From contig JASCQW010000122.1 of NCBI GenBank assembly GCA_030264375.1, positions 37,232,195 to 37,296,194 of the forward strand: a DNA stretch of 64,000 nt, read 5' to 3'. Of this stretch, positions 38,786 to 52,755 are shown piece by piece (position 1 is the stretch's first letter; the number at the start of each line of letters is the position of its first letter). The notes below the pieces were generated by a model. It did no database searches. It saw only the letters and a program-made list of their open reading frames with translations, and was not told the origin of the DNA. The translations under genes were made by a program, and so were the position numbers. This stretch comes from Carcharhinus longimanus. Its lineage: Eukaryota.

Positions 38786-40087
38786 CCTCTCTGTCCTATT
38801 GCAGGAGAGGCAGAATGTCTTGGTGAAATGCAGCTAGTACATGCTCCCTCACTTTAAAAGCAGCAACAAACTAAATTTATATAGTATCATTAATTTTTTT
38901 TAAAAAACCCAAGGCGCTTCACCAGCATTATAGAACAAAATATAACATTGGACCATAAGATAGGTGACCAAAATCCTGGTCAAAATTGTGGGTTTTAAGG
39001 AATACCCAAAAGGAAAGGGTATTACAGATGTGGAGCGATATAGAGCAGGTATTCCAGAACTTAGGCGTAGGCAACTGAAGGCACAGCCACCATTGGTGAA
39101 ATAATTATCACCTTCATCTCATTCTCATCTTCCTTATCCCAATATCTTCAATAATCTTGCTCTCAGTTGTGCAGGGCTTTCTCCACGTAAACATGTACTG
39201 ATGGCTTAGCACAGCTGCCATCAGTACATGATCCTTCTCTCCTTTTATGCTACCTGATCTTAAAGAAAGGAATTTTAAAATATTAAATTAATATGATAAG
39301 CAACACCAAGAGCTCAGAATGAGTATGAGAACAAAGGTTGAGACTCTGATTGAGGGTCAGTGCTCAGTGAAATCGAGATGGGTCAATCTCAGATGAGGCA
39401 AAATTCCAGCTATGTCGAAGTCATCAACTGTTCCCATCAGCAGAATAGCAAGAAATTGTCTAAGCTTGTCATATTGTAAATGTTGGGTGGGTGTGTGTGT
39501 GTCTCATTTAATTAAACTGAAGACTGTTAGTAATACTATAAGATTCAAATCATCGAAGTGTAAAAGTAAGCGTTTGAAATGGAGATGTGCCAAGATGAGG
39601 TAACAGGGAACTACATGAAAAAAAATTTGCATGAGGAGATGAGGAAATTTAGCTGTTATATTTCAAAAATAAAATTTACAACTGGCCATATCACAAATGA
39701 ATAAAGCAAAATATTAAGTTTATTTCTACCCATAAGTAATATTAACCAAAAAATTCGAAGACTTCTATAGTCTATGAAAAGGAACTTGCATAAAAAGTTA
39801 GAAACAATAAAGTTTAAAGATGAAAGAGAACAAACCTAACTAAGGAAAGAATGAAAGCTGTGTGAGTGGAGAGTGGCCATGTGATATCCTGAAGAATCTG
39901 CTCTGTTTAGAGAGAGCTGTGAAAAACAAGTTCAAGTTCCAGCCAGCCTCAGAAAAGTGTTTGGTTGTTCCAGAAACCAAAATTTTATTCCAAGTCTTAG
40001 AATTCCTTTATCAGGTGAGAGAGAGGGAAACCTTGAAAAGTTGGCAACAGTGGATGTCTTGTGATAATACTGAAACTTCTACAGATT

Positions 40088-40352
40088 AGGGTGGCACAGT
40101 GCTTAGCATGTTGCATCACCACACAGGTTCGATTCCTGACTTGGGTCATTGTCTGTGCGGAGTTTGCACGTTCTCCCTGTGTGCGTGGGTTTCCTCCCAC
40201 AGCCCGAAAGATGTGTTGGATAGGTGCATTAGCTATGCTAACTTCTCCTTCAGTGTACACGATGAAGTGCTGGAGTGTGGTGACTAGGGGATTTTCACAG
40301 TAACTTCATTGCAGCATTAATGTAAGTCTACTTGTGATATTAATAAACTTTA
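40088..40352 (+). mobile_element. HE1-like SINE, type B tail
   Basis: gggtggcacagtg...ctaggggattttcacagtaacttcattgcag...taataaacttt. Confidence 0.88.
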
Positions 40353-41434
40353 AAAAGCTTAAGAATCCATAGGGACTGTTGCCTGGAAATAGTGTTATGT
40401 TCTTATGTAACTAAGCAGAAATCTTTTGGGAAATGTTTGTCTGACTACTTTTAACTATGTAAATATAATCTTGTGTGTTTAAGTTTTCTTTTCTTTATAA
40501 TAATAAATGTTTTAATTTAATACTTCCTCGCAATAAAATACAAATTGCAAATCATTGTGATAGCTTGTCAAGTTTCCACCTGCCATATTGTAATATTATG
40601 ACTGCGCCAACCAATCAGAATGGATTTAGATCACATAATAGTGTGAAATCATAGAGCACTGGGCATGTCATTACTTGACATTGAGACCTTCCCATGAAAG
40701 GACTTGCAAAGCCTGTGAGTATGGCGAACCTGCGTGCAATTTAAAAGTGTTGTCAATCGAAAATTGAGAGTAAAAGGTTACAGCAGCACAACACATTGAG
40801 AACACGGAGGAGCAGGTTAAGGCTTATCAACCCGATGACAAAGGACTGTTCACTCACATGAGAGACTAGCATGGAGGCAACCAGGGGAAATGTTTACAGA
40901 GATGAACGATGCCATACATTGCATGATAGAATTGGCCAAGGATTGAAATTATAGATTCAATACCTTCTTCAACTAAGGAGCTCAAAGGAGACCGATGACC
41001 CTGAAGAAGCTAATGAATGCCTGTCCACGTGCAGAGCAGAAGAAGGTTAGTGATTTTCCAGATCCAAGTCCTGACAATTTTCAATGCAAAGCCCTGGTGT
41101 TTTGCTGCGTCAGGCCATTGTAGGGTGCAAACAAATTAAATAGTCTTTTTCACGCATTTGCTGCTTTACTGCGCCTTCATATGGCATTTTGAATCTGTTA
41201 TTTTTGACATAGACTGCATTTGTAGGCACATTGGGTTACAAAAAGATGCATTCATGTGGGAAAGGGACCTCCTCATCTATCACGAGGCTCCGTTTAACAT
41301 GTATTTGTGGGCAGATCCCCTGGAATTTTACTGCATGTGCTCCAGCACCGCATCCCCAAGGAAGGGGTCAGGTTGTCCTGTGACATTCCATACAGGGCAT
41401 TTTGTGGGATGAATGCATGGAAGTATGTGAATAA

Positions 41435-41700
41435 GGTATTGAAGTCTAAGGGAGATGTGTGGGGGAAATATTTCATGCAGAGAGTGGTAGGTGCATGGAA
41501 TGCACTGTCAGAGGATGTGGTGGAAGCAGACACATTAGCAACATTTATGAGGCATCTGGATGGGTACATGAATAGGGAGGGAGTAGAGGGATATGGATTG
41601 AGTAAAGGCAGAAGGTTTTTTTTATAGTTAGGGGATCATAATCGGCACAATCTTGGAGGGCCAAAGGGGCTGTTCCTATCCTGTACTTTTTTTTATTCTT
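41435..41700 (+). mobile_element. CR1 LINE 3' end
   Basis: KGDVWGKYFMQRVVGAWNALSEDVVEADTLATFMRHLDGYMNREGVEGYG followed by a 3' UTR. Confidence 0.88.
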
Positions 41701-42134
41701 TGTACTTTTAGCAAAGTAAAGGCGGATCAGTGTGTGTTTAGAGTGTATTCTTAGATGGTGTGGCTGACTCCTTTTGCCTTTCCAGCTCTGGTAAAATGAT
41801 GAAACGTTGTGTGAACAGGATCTTGGAGTCAACACTGATTGTCCTGTCTGTCTTCCTCTGCTGGCCCAAGCTGTCCTCATTGATCTTAAGCTTCTCCCTT
41901 CCCAAAAGCATATTTTCCCACATATGTGTCAGCAGTTGCTTTAGACGTTGGATTTTAACTAACTTATTTGCTGGTTGGAAGAATAATTATTGAACCATTT
42001 TAAGTTTGGTCACTTTGAGGCAGCTCCTCCCACTTCCGTCTCCATACCTGGCAACACATGTACTGTCGGAGACATTTTGATACAGTGGTACATGCTGTTT
42101 TTATGCTAAACCTCATTGCCCTCCTTCTTGGATT

Positions 42135-42510
42135 GCACAGCGGTTAGCACTNNNNNNNNNNTGCTGTTTCACAGTGCCAGGAGCCTGGGTTCAATGCCAA
42201 CGTTTGCTGACTGTCTGTGTGGAGTTAGTATGTTCTCCCCATGTCTGCTTGGGTTTCCTCTGGGTGCTCCAGTTTCCTCCCATGCTCCTAAGATGGAGAT
42301 TAGTGGATTGGTCATGCTAAATTACCCCTTAGTGTTCCAAGATGTGTAGGTTAGGGGGATTGGCGCAGTAAATGCATAGGGTTACGGGGCTAGAGCAGGG
42401 ATTGGGCCAAAGTAAGATGCTATGTCAGAGAGTCAGTGCAGACTCGATGGGCCGAATGGCCTCCTCCTGCACTATGGGAATTCTGTATTGCATTCTATTC
42501 TATTCTATTA
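42135..42510 (+). mobile_element. HE1-like SINE, type A tail with (ttcta)n end
   Basis: Head with a small N gap, core, and tail gggccgaatggcctcctcctgcact...attctattctattcta. Confidence 0.85.
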
Positions 42511-45234
42511 CAATGTGTTATTGGGTCCTCCAGATTCAACTCACAATGAGTAGCTCATTGGGAGCCAACATAATCACAAAATCATATTCACAATTTATTT
42601 AGTGCCGTTTTTGACCTCGGGGCATTCCTTACAGCCAAGTGTAGAAGGACAAGCCAATGGAACTGGATAACAGAGCAGTGTCAACGGAAAATTGATGTCA
42701 AATTTGGGCACCAAGAACAGAAAAAGATTGCATGTCATGGACACAGTTGCAGAGGCTGTAATTTGCAGTTTTCAGCGCAGCCTCTGTGTGTGGCAAATGT
42801 CAGATCAGAGGGATTTGAACAGGAACCCTTGGTTGGATGACCATCGAACTAGGAAGCAGTATCACATTGGAGCGCACTAGAAAGAAAAGGGAGCCTGAAA
42901 CTGGGATATTAGCTGGAAAGAATAGATCAACCATGGGTCAAGTTCTTTATGGATGGATGGTAACATTGGTTTTGAAAGGGACAATGCTCAGGGACAGAGA
43001 GGACCATTAACATTCTGAACAAGCGCAGAGGTTAGCTAATTGGGCTAGAACTGATTGGGAAGGGAATGAAAGAAGTGAGAGTAAAGTCTGGTGGAAGAAG
43101 TAAGCTTGGCTATTGGGGAATTGCAGATGAATGGAGAGTGGGTCACTTCAGGAACAGGACAGAATAAAGAAAAGTTGCTAGAAAGACACGTGTTTGGATG
43201 AATTAGATCTTGAAGAGATAAAAATCCAAGAGATTTCACAATCAGTGTTGAAGGAGAGGATGGAAGGGTGAGGGGAGAAGCGAGCACTGTGTACAAATCC
43301 ACTAATACCCGGTTTGTAGAGCAAACAAAGGACTCGTTTAACTTTGCCTAAATCATTTTTATTCTACAGCAATGATACCCTTCCCAATGGAACTGGTAAA
43401 AGGGAAGGACTAGGGGATTTACACAGTAACTTTGTTGCAGTGTTAATGTAAGTCTGCTTGTGACACTAATAAATAACCTTTAATTGCTAAATAATTGGAA
43501 CTAGTAATAGGGAAGGTCTAGTTGTTAAATAATGCAATCTATCACCCATTTTTCGTGCATAACAGTTACATATCTGAAAAGACTAATACAACTCAATTTA
43601 GAAATTTGTGCTTGATGCTGTATGACATGATAAATATGAGAAAGATTAAAAAGAACTCTGTTAATAAATAATCCAATTTGCGCACATAACAATTTGTCTA
43701 CTGTTTTAAAAAATACCATTTGTTATTGGTTTATTTTAAAATCTTGAACATTCATAAAATGAGACTTATCATTCCTGCTACAATGTAATAGCAATAATGA
43801 GCTTGGATGAGTTCATTGTTGGTAAATAACCCAATTTGACATTAGTTCAAGCAGCTGGTTTTGCCTCGTGCTCTCACCAATCCAATGTGAATCATGCTCA
43901 CAGATTGCCCTGGTATTTTTAGCATAAAAGTGGGTCACCACTAACTGTATTCAGCATTATTGTATCTGCATTAAGCTGCAAGAAATAGGAAGCAACAGAA
44001 AGATGTGAAGCTAATTACAGCAAGAAATTGTACTATTTATAATTTGTGCGAGTATTTTGCTCTTTATGTGGTATTTAGTTGCAGATTAGGCAACAGAACT
44101 GTAACACACAATGTTCACAAGTTTGAACCTTGAACTTTGCCTAGGCGGGAAGTATGATTTCATTTGGCGTGGTGTTCTCCATTTTTGGACTGTATCTAAT
44201 CAATAATTTATGTGGTTGCATTGAATCTGTTGCTATTAATTATATTCACTGATGTAAGCAGCATCACCTGATGTATTCCACGTTATTAATTTATTGCATA
44301 ATCAGATTGAGCAATTAAAGATAATTGATTAATACTGCTTAGTAATGTTTGCTCATCTTGTTCAGTTCTTTTCTCATTACTCTCATTTGGCCTGGCAGTT
44401 GTTTCCTTTGAGAATAATGTAGGTAGGATTTTCTACCCACCCCCTCACATCTCCACCTCTTGTTTTGCGATGGTGGAGGCAGCCCACCGTTGACTGATGG
44501 TGGGATCTTGATTGATGTCTACAGGATTTTGTGTGCCTTGCACCCACCCATTGCCTGGGGAAGTGCAACTCAAAGCGTTGCTTTTGACAAGACCCAAAGA
44601 TTCAACTGGCAGAAACAGCCGGAAAATTTTGGCCTACACGTTTACTGCTCTTACTGTAAACAGTGATTTTTAAAAACTTGAAGTTAAATTCTACTTTACT
44701 TGGGGTGACTTCCTCATTATCATAGAATGGTTTCAGCACAGAAAGAGGCCATTTGGCTGAATCTACTTGTGCCAGAACCAACCATCAATGATCCTTGAAT
44801 TAATAAGATTCTTGGATACCGCAAAATGGCATTACTGTCCTTGATAGTTACCTGAATATGTCCTCTCAATGATTGAACCAAAGTTTTACCTTGCTATGAG
44901 CTTCCTGCCTGATATTGATCTGACTTATTTTGTGACATAGGACCCAAATGAGTCAATAAATATTTCATAGACCTTGCCACAGCTGGTGCAGAAATGATAA
45001 AATGGGATACAAATCCGTATCACAGATATGGTCAGGTGAAAGGTCAGAAAACAAGGGTGAACATGGATCCACCATTCACGCAATATTGGCTGTTTGTAAT
45101 GTGACTTGGTGTTGGTGGGTTGAGTTTTGTGTTAGGCCCTCTATCTGTTGGGAAACAGTTTGAGAATCTGCCTGATCATGTTTCCAAGCACAGGCAGGAA
45201 TTTTGACTTGCGTACCCCTGGCAAGTCTTATGTG

Positions 45235-45476
45235 CAGTAAAAAGTCTGACAACACCAGGTTTTAGTCCAACCTATTTATTTGATAATATTCTCACAAGCT
45301 TTCGGNNNNNNNNNNNNNNNNNNNNNNNNNNNNNNNNNNNNNNNNNNNNNNNNNNNNNNNNNNNNNNNNNNNNNNNNNNNNNNNNNNNNNNNNNNNNNNN
45401 NNNNNTGGACTAAAACCTGGTGTTGTCAGACTTTTTACTGTGTTTACGCCAGTCCAACGCCGGCATACCCACATCA
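45235..45476 (-). mobile_element. Hairpin element copy with the centre lost in a 100-N gap, plus target-site duplication
   Basis: Inverted arms cagtaaaaagtctgacaacaccaggttttagtcca and tggactaaaacctggtgttgtcagactttttactg. Flanked by agtcttatgtg at 45224-45234 and 45477-45487. Confidence 0.85.
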
Positions 45477-46623
45477 AGTCTTATGTGACCAGGTTCTGCT
45501 TTAGGCCTATTGGAAGCTACCAAGGGAAGTGGGTAACTGCTGCTTCCACAGGAATTGGTTATCACTGCACAAGGCTTCTTGATAAAAACAAAAGGAATCC
45601 AGATCTTGTTACTTGGCTTCATTTAGGCTCCAGGCTCCCTCTTTTGGAATAGCAGAGTGCAACACTTAGGTTCCGACGAGCACTCCTGGCTACAAGCATG
45701 GGTTTTGTAAAGATGGCCAGGAAAGCCACTGGGATTGTCGATAGATTTCCCCTTGGGCTTCATGGAATGCGAGTTCCCTTCATTGATCAAGCAAAGACTT
45801 GCCTAATAGGAAGCGTTCAACAGGGACTTTTAAACTTGTTACTTTCTCCGGACTGTTGTTGCAGTCCCTGAAGTGTTGAACTATCTAACTGTGAGCCGTG
45901 GGAGCAGTCTCTTTGTTGGTACACAATAAAGGGTGCTTGGTGATGGAAACTGGCATTTGGCTGAATTATTGCAGGTTCCTTCACCTATAATTTAAATGAC
46001 CCATCTACGGGACTTGGAATGGAGTCACAGCCAAATGAAGGTATTTTTTTCTCAGTCCATTAAATGTATTCAACTGCTGGTATCTGAAAGAGCTGAGTGT
46101 TATTTAGTGAACTGTGGATCAACAGTGTTCTTTTCAAGCACATAGAAACCATCCAAGAATTTACAAATATTCTTTCTCGCCGCTCTGACCTACTGAACGA
46201 AAACAACTTTAATTCATTATGTCTATGCCCTGTTCTCATTAACTGCAATCTTCCCAGAGACATAAACACTGTCCTAGACATTTCACATATCATTGCTGTT
46301 GCCTGATGGATCAGGGCAGCAGAGTGAGACACCAGTTCAATGTAATTTCCCTCAAGGACAGCTCGTCTTACTGGGCTTGGAAAGCTATCTGTGAAATGGC
46401 TGGCTTCATACTGCCTCTAAGAATCTGCTTTTCTCCCAAGAAGTTACCAGAGATCCAGCTTCCTGAACAAACCATACTCATGGGGAAGTGAGCAATGTGT
46501 TGATCTCATCCTGTAACAGAAACCTATGGTGATGCCCTTGCTCCTGTTCTGTAGGGGACTGCAGATGGTCTACACTGTGGCCACTTTTTTACTGTTTGTC
46601 ACCCAACCATTTGTCAACTCTGA

Positions 46624-47863
46624 GGGATGAATTCTCCCAATGTTGGTCTGGTGGCGGGCGGAAACTGAGAATCTAGCAGGAGCCAAAAAGTCGGAAATCT
46701 TCCAGTGTAAAAACAGCTGTAATTCTCCCAGTGATGGGTTGGTCTTTCCACTGTTTCCATTTCTTTACATCTCATGAATGCTCATTAAAACAGCTGCCCA
46801 TTCCCATCCCATCACGCCTTTCAATCTTGTGTCATGCCAGCGTAAAATTACATCTGTTTAAAACCTGATTGATAAAGATTGGGGTACACAAGGTGGTCCT
46901 CCATTCACAAGAGACTATCAGGTCAGTGCAACAGCCTCTTTGCCATAGCACTGTGCTGCTCCTGGCACGTTATTCACCACTCTGCCAGGGCAGACTAGTT
47001 GCTGTTCTCCATGGCTCGGACTTCGTGGACAGCACCATGTTGCTGAAGCCATGGATCTTCCTGTGTCATCATCTTGGATCAGTACTGAGGTTGGGGAGTA
47101 CAGGGGTCTCCTTCTCTCTGGTGCCACACACCAGTGTCTGCCTGGACACACTGTTGCGGGTCTCATGAGCCACTGCAACCCATAGCTGAAGTTCGACCAG
47201 GGTGGAGCGTGAGTGAAGGCGGGTGGGGGAGGGGATGTTGCGTGGTGGCCTGATGAAGACAATGGGTGCAATGTTGAAGCAGGGCTGTGCAAGGAGTCAC
47301 AGGAAGGGTGAGGGCTCACGATGACAGATAGAGGGGCGAGGAGGTGGATGAAGAAGACAAACAATGGAAGGCAGAGGGAAGCTGGACCCCAACAAGGCTG
47401 CAAGAACAGCTCGCAAACAAGTGGGGGGGTAGGGGTGGTCACAGGGATGCCCTGTGTCAGTTACTGGAAGGGGATGGATGAAGACACCAGAGGCAGTGGG
47501 TAAAGATCCAAGTGGGACATGGACGACATCCAGACAATTGGCTTGTGGGAAAGGTGATTGAATTGAGGAACAGACTTCTCCTTGAGGCTGTTATCCTTTT
47601 TCCCTCTGGCTCACTGACACGAAGACAGGTAGGCCGGAGTCAGTTTGCAGGACTGGTGTTTCAAAATGATGCTGGGATCTTTGAACGTGCCAGCTGATAA
47701 AAGGTGGACAAATCAACCGCCAGCCCACTCCACCAACTCAGAGTGGAACTCATCTGTGCATAATTAATGAGGTCCCAAGCACAAAATCTGGTGTGGGATC
47801 CCACCTTTCAGGCCTGTGGAAAGGTGCCACTGAACTTAGTCTTAAAATCGGAGAATTCTGCCC
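46624..47863. mobile_element. Harbinger-like non-autonomous element with TIRs
   Basis: Left end gggatgaattctcc; reverse complement of the right end is gggcagaattctcc. A weak transposase C-terminus-like remnant (LYSP...) lies on the minus strand near 46900-47170. Confidence 0.55.
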
Positions 47864-50109
47864 TACGNNNNNNNNNNNNNNNNNNNNNNNNNNNNNNNNN
47901 NNNNNNNNNNNNNNNNNNNNNNNNNNNNNNNNNNNNNNNNNNNNNNNNNNNNNNNNNNNNNNNNNNNGCAAAACTATTATTTTTAGAATACATCTAGTTC
48001 GATTTTAGTCTAGATTTCAGTTCAAACACAGGAGCTTCAGTGAGCTCCAGGTTGATGTGAATACTTTGCAATGTTCCTGCAGCCCCACTTACAATGATTG
48101 AAGGGGGCCTTTCAAAGGCACAACAGTCAATAAGCTGGTTGCTCTGATAATTAAGGTATTGGGTGGAAAGTTCTACCTTGCTACATCAATGGTTGTGCCA
48201 AAGCATTCTGGAATTTTTTTAAAGCATGATGTTTCTTCAATATGGTAGAATTGTGGGAAAACGAGCTGCCTTTTCTCTTTCTCTCCTGGATGCATTATTC
48301 CTGGTAGCTCAGCTTGACAAAGAGTTGTTTCATTTGGGACTAGACCACCAGGACTTAGTGCCAACAACTGACATCGCGATCACAATGTTCCTCCTCGCTT
48401 CTATGGAGTGGGTGTTTTTCTTTTAAAAGGTGTGATGCAAAGTATACTCACAGCTCATTAAGCCTTGTCCTTTTATTATGCATTTAAATCATTCTATCCT
48501 CTTGCAGTGCCTGCCCAATCTCCCTCACATTCATGCTGGTTCTTAATGAGTATGAACTCTTGACAGAGCCACTGACGCTTCCTCCAATGTCTCTTCCCCT
48601 GCTTGCTTTGTTCGGTGGAATCAATCCTGCTGTGTTGCTGTTTAATTTGATATGGTTTCCCTCAGCAAAATGATGGAAAAGATGAATTGAGACATTGCGT
48701 GGGACATTATCAATCAAAGTTGTGAGCATTAGTTATTACTCACAGTGCATTCTGACATTAGCCCTCTGTAACCTTTGTCTCCTTGTTGATGTTCCATAGA
48801 GATCTTACCCCATGTAGCTGATGTATTTATGTAGCTGATGTTTATGGAGGTTCTTCAAAAGGTCAGTAAGAGCTTTTTTTTCAGCCTGAGGCCTACTTTA
48901 ACATGATATTGCACGTGATGTGTCGAAAACCACTGTATCATCATGTGCTTACCAAAAAGATTAATGAGACACTAATTAAACAGTCTTTACATTTACATGT
49001 ATTATTTACTTGGGTCCTGCTCGAAGTGTAATAATATTGTTTTTAGAAACTCTTAAGATATGACTTGACAAGAGGCAATTAAACACATCCGAATGATATG
49101 TACTCCACAATTTAACACGTATTCATTTCCAAGCAAGATTAATTTGTGGTGAGGTGGCTAAGAGCATGACAGCACTCAAAGATTATTCATTAGTGCATTC
49201 CAGTCATGGAATCCCTGGAAGTGCAATGGACATCAACATTTGGCTCAAAAGATATATCCAAACTGTGCTTTTGAAGTTTTGAATAAAATAGAAAATATAT
49301 TTAGGGCAGCCTCAAAAGGGACAGTTTTGCAAGATTTGTACAGATGTATTAGGGTGCATGGTATGTGCATAGAGTATTTTATTGTCTTTCTTAGTTGATG
49401 AGAAATGCATAAGCAATAGGCCTATTATGTAAATCTGGTCACCTGATATTTAATTCCATGCAGTTATTTTGAAAAAGCAGGAATATGTCCTGTTGTGGTC
49501 ATCATTCTGCTAACGTTAACCGCTGTGCTTTGGTAGAATGTGAAGACCTGAAGGTGACGCACACTATTAGTCAGTCACATCTCTGATATCCCCAGACATT
49601 GACGAAGATGCCTGGGCGTGCCAATTGGAGTGTTACAGCAGGGCCTGCAGTTTCTGCCACAACTTGGCCAGACTGCAGAGCAAGAAGATGAGCATGAAAT
49701 AGCAGACCTACTGAAGCAAAAGAAAAAGTTCTAAGGATAATGGAAATCTTAAACTAAATGCTCTGAAAAGCTGTTATGGCAACACCAATTAAACATTTGA
49801 AGACTGAGCGATGGATTTTGGTTAGACAGGGATATTAATGGATGTGGAACTGAGGAACAGATAGATGGAGTTAAGATACAGACAACCATGAATGGTGAGA
49901 TACACTTTTCCCATTTGAGTCTCTCATTTTTGCCAAATACAAACTTGCTACTCTAGAAGCCAGCCATGTTTCAATGCCACATCCTTGTCCCCTCCAACTA
50001 CCTTGACCTATCTCTCACAAACAGGACTGCCAGTACACACTCCCAAGATCTGGGGATAAACTTTACATTGTAAAGGGCAAATGCAATCAGTGTGTTTTGC
50101 GTCATTGAT

Positions 50110-50560
50110 GTGCGTTGGCATTCTTCATCTCTGAGAAATGATGGACCCAAAGGAAGCAATCCATTTTGGTGGGCTGTCTTCACTTGGTGCACCTTTGCTG
50201 ATGACTGTGAAGGCCAATTCTTGAGTGAATGGTTCTACCACAAGTTTTGCACATGAAGCTGCAAAATGATGCTGTGAATTGTTGGTTTTGGAGTAGTGCC
50301 TGTTGCCAAGCTGTAATAGCCACTGGTCATCATAGTAGCATGTGCCAACCCCGAGGGGACATTGCTCTTTCCTTCTTTCGCTAGCTAGTGACTGACTCCC
50401 TGGTGTGATAGCTGATGTTTAGAGCTGTCATATCACACTTGCATGTGTCCTTGAAGTGGAGACTTGGGCGTTGAGCTAGCCATCTGACTAGCTACATTAC
50501 AAACTCTTGAGTATATGACCAACTTCCATCCTTGTACAATCCACCAAAGCTCCTTCACCA
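50110..50560 (-). mobile_element. RTE-clade LINE 3' end
   Basis: Minus strand RPSLHFKDTCKCDMTALNISYHTRES, then the C2H2 finger FMCKTCGRTIHSRIGLHSHQQRC. Confidence 0.8.
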
Positions 50561-50714
50561 AGCCAGCATACAAAGCTCTGCCTTTAAGAATTTTGCTGTA
50601 CTCCTGATTTAGTCCTAATGGGATATACCATAATCTGCAGCAACTCTGGGGATATATTTTTAGGCAGGTTCACAGGGGCTCAAATCTGTGGACTCAGCAG
50701 CTGATGAAGGTCTG

Positions 50715-51620
50715 GAACATGGGTAGGCCATTCAACCTCTCGAGCCTACACCACCACATTCAGTAAGATATGGCTGGTCCGTGGCTTAACTGCAAGAATC
50801 TGTCCTAGGCCCATATTCCTTGATATCCCTGTTCAAAAAATGTGCCCATTTCAGACTTAAATGGTGGGGAATGCTGGTTCAACTATTAGGTTTGAGGAAG
50901 AGAGTTCCAAACCTCCTCCACTGTAAGTGTAGAAGTGTTTTCTCCTGAATGGCTTGATCCTAATTTTAGATTATGGTTCCTGGCTCTTGAGCCTTAAACT
51001 AATGGGAACAGTTTGTCCTTATCCTCCCTGTTTTTCCCTGTAAATATTCTGAAGACTCCTATCAGTTCACTCCTCAGCCTTCTGAATTTGAGAGAATAAA
51101 GACTTAATTTGTCTACTCTCTCCTCATAGCTTAATCCCCCCCAAGTCCGGGTATCATTTCTGCAATTCTGCATTGAACTTCCTCCAGGGCCAAAATATCC
51201 TCTGCTATAGCTTGGCCCATTCACCCAATCTATCAATATCCTTTTGTAATTTTATGTGGTCCCTCAACACTATCTACAATGCTGCCCAATTTTGTGCCAT
51301 CCATAGATTTGGACATTTGACTTTTTATACCATTATCTAAATCATTAATGAATATTGTAAATAGTTGAGGCCCCAAAACAGATCCCTGCAGTCACCGCTA
51401 GTCACATCCTCCCAATTTGAGTATGTACCCATTACTACAACTGTGTTTTCTAATGCTCAACCAATTTCCTATGCATGTTAGCAATCTACCTTCAAATCCA
51501 TAGGCTTCCATCTTGGCTAACTATCTCTTGTGCAGGACTTTATCAAAAGCCTTCTGGAAGTCTATGTAAATGACATTCATCAACTTGTCCATTGTCTGTC
51601 ACCTCCTCAAAGAAGAGGTC
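50715..51620 (-). mobile_element. CR1 LINE, RT and 3' region, decayed
   Basis: Minus strand VIYIDFQKAFDKV, SVLGPQLFTIFINDLD, DDTKLG-like motif, and GLSYEERVDKLSLYSLKFRRLRSELIGVFRI. Confidence 0.85.
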
Positions 51621-52207
51621 TCAAGTGTGACCAATTGTGATAACACTTAGTAAGAGCCTCTGATGTGTTTCTTCAACTTGCTAACCTTCTCAATGTGTAT
51701 TTACTGTCCCTTTGTTCCCAGTGGGCGGAGTCACTAAAATGAATGGATGGCTCCTATTGCTAACGTCAATCTAAGAAAGATTACCCCCTTACTGTTCTCC
51801 TCCTGTTACTGAGTAATCTCTCAGCATGGCTATGGATTTGTGTGTAGATGGATTGCTGGTCAGCAGTGAGGGTTTTGAATTGTGCTGCCTCAGTCTATCC
51901 CTAAATATGGCGCACTCAGGAAATAAAGACATCTCTAGATTGGTTCTGCTCAACAGAACCTCAGTCCTGGATGTAGCTTTGTGTGAACTTTGGTCTTCAC
52001 TACAGATGGCCGTGGAGCTGCCACATTCTCCATGGTGGTCTGTAAGGACCACTCTAACAATGGTCCCAAACTGCACAGGCTGCATCATGCTCTCAAACAC
52101 CACCATGAAGTGCTGCTGTTGAACTCTGTAAATGCAGGCATTTGGGATTAGCTTTGGGGTTTAAGAAAAGGACAGCATGGACATGTTGGCCAGAAAGGCC
52201 TGTTTTC

Positions 52208-52408
52208 ATAGAACATAGAAAAACTACAGCACAAACAGGCCCTTCGGCCTTCAAGTTGTGCCGAACATGTCCCTACCTACTAGGCTTACCTTTAACCCTT
52301 TATCTTACTAAGTCCCATATACTTGTCCAAAAGTCTCTTAAAAGACCCTATCGAATTAGCCTCCACCACCGCTGCCAGCAGCCGATTCCGCGCACCCACC
52401 ACCCTCTT
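52208..52408 (-). mobile_element. CR1 LINE 3' tail
   Basis: catagaacatagaaaaactacagcacaaacaggcccttcggcc...gcctccaccacc...cacccaccaccctct. Confidence 0.8.
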
Positions 52409-52641
52409 TCATGCTGTAAATCTCTGACTCTAACTGCCAGAATGTATTTGTAGGCGGGTCTTCTTGAGGTCCAAATCCATGGATTCACCAACTGAAAAAT
52501 GTCGGAAGAGTGACCGATTGGAAATGTCCATTGTTTTCTGTTAGTTTTTCATCTTGAGCACCTAAGGAGACAAAGCACAAAGTTTTACAATTCATGCAGT
52601 TCGGCTTTGAAACCTTTGCCAAAAACATCCATCCTCGTTCA

Positions 52642-52755
52642 GGGCTGGGATTCTCCGGTGCTGCTGAAAGTGAATGGAGTTTTGGCTGGAATGCCAAAAA
52701 TACCTCCCAAACCTGCAATCTCAACCACCACGTGTGAGGTTGGAGAATCCTGCCC
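52642..52755. mobile_element. ~114-bp MITE with Harbinger-like TIRs
   Basis: gggctgggattctcc ... ggagaatcctgccc. Confidence 0.65.

Noticed and set aside
46918-47442. 174-aa Pro-rich ORF
   Set aside because: Lies inside a TIR-bounded transposon remnant, is low complexity and has no recognisable intact domain.
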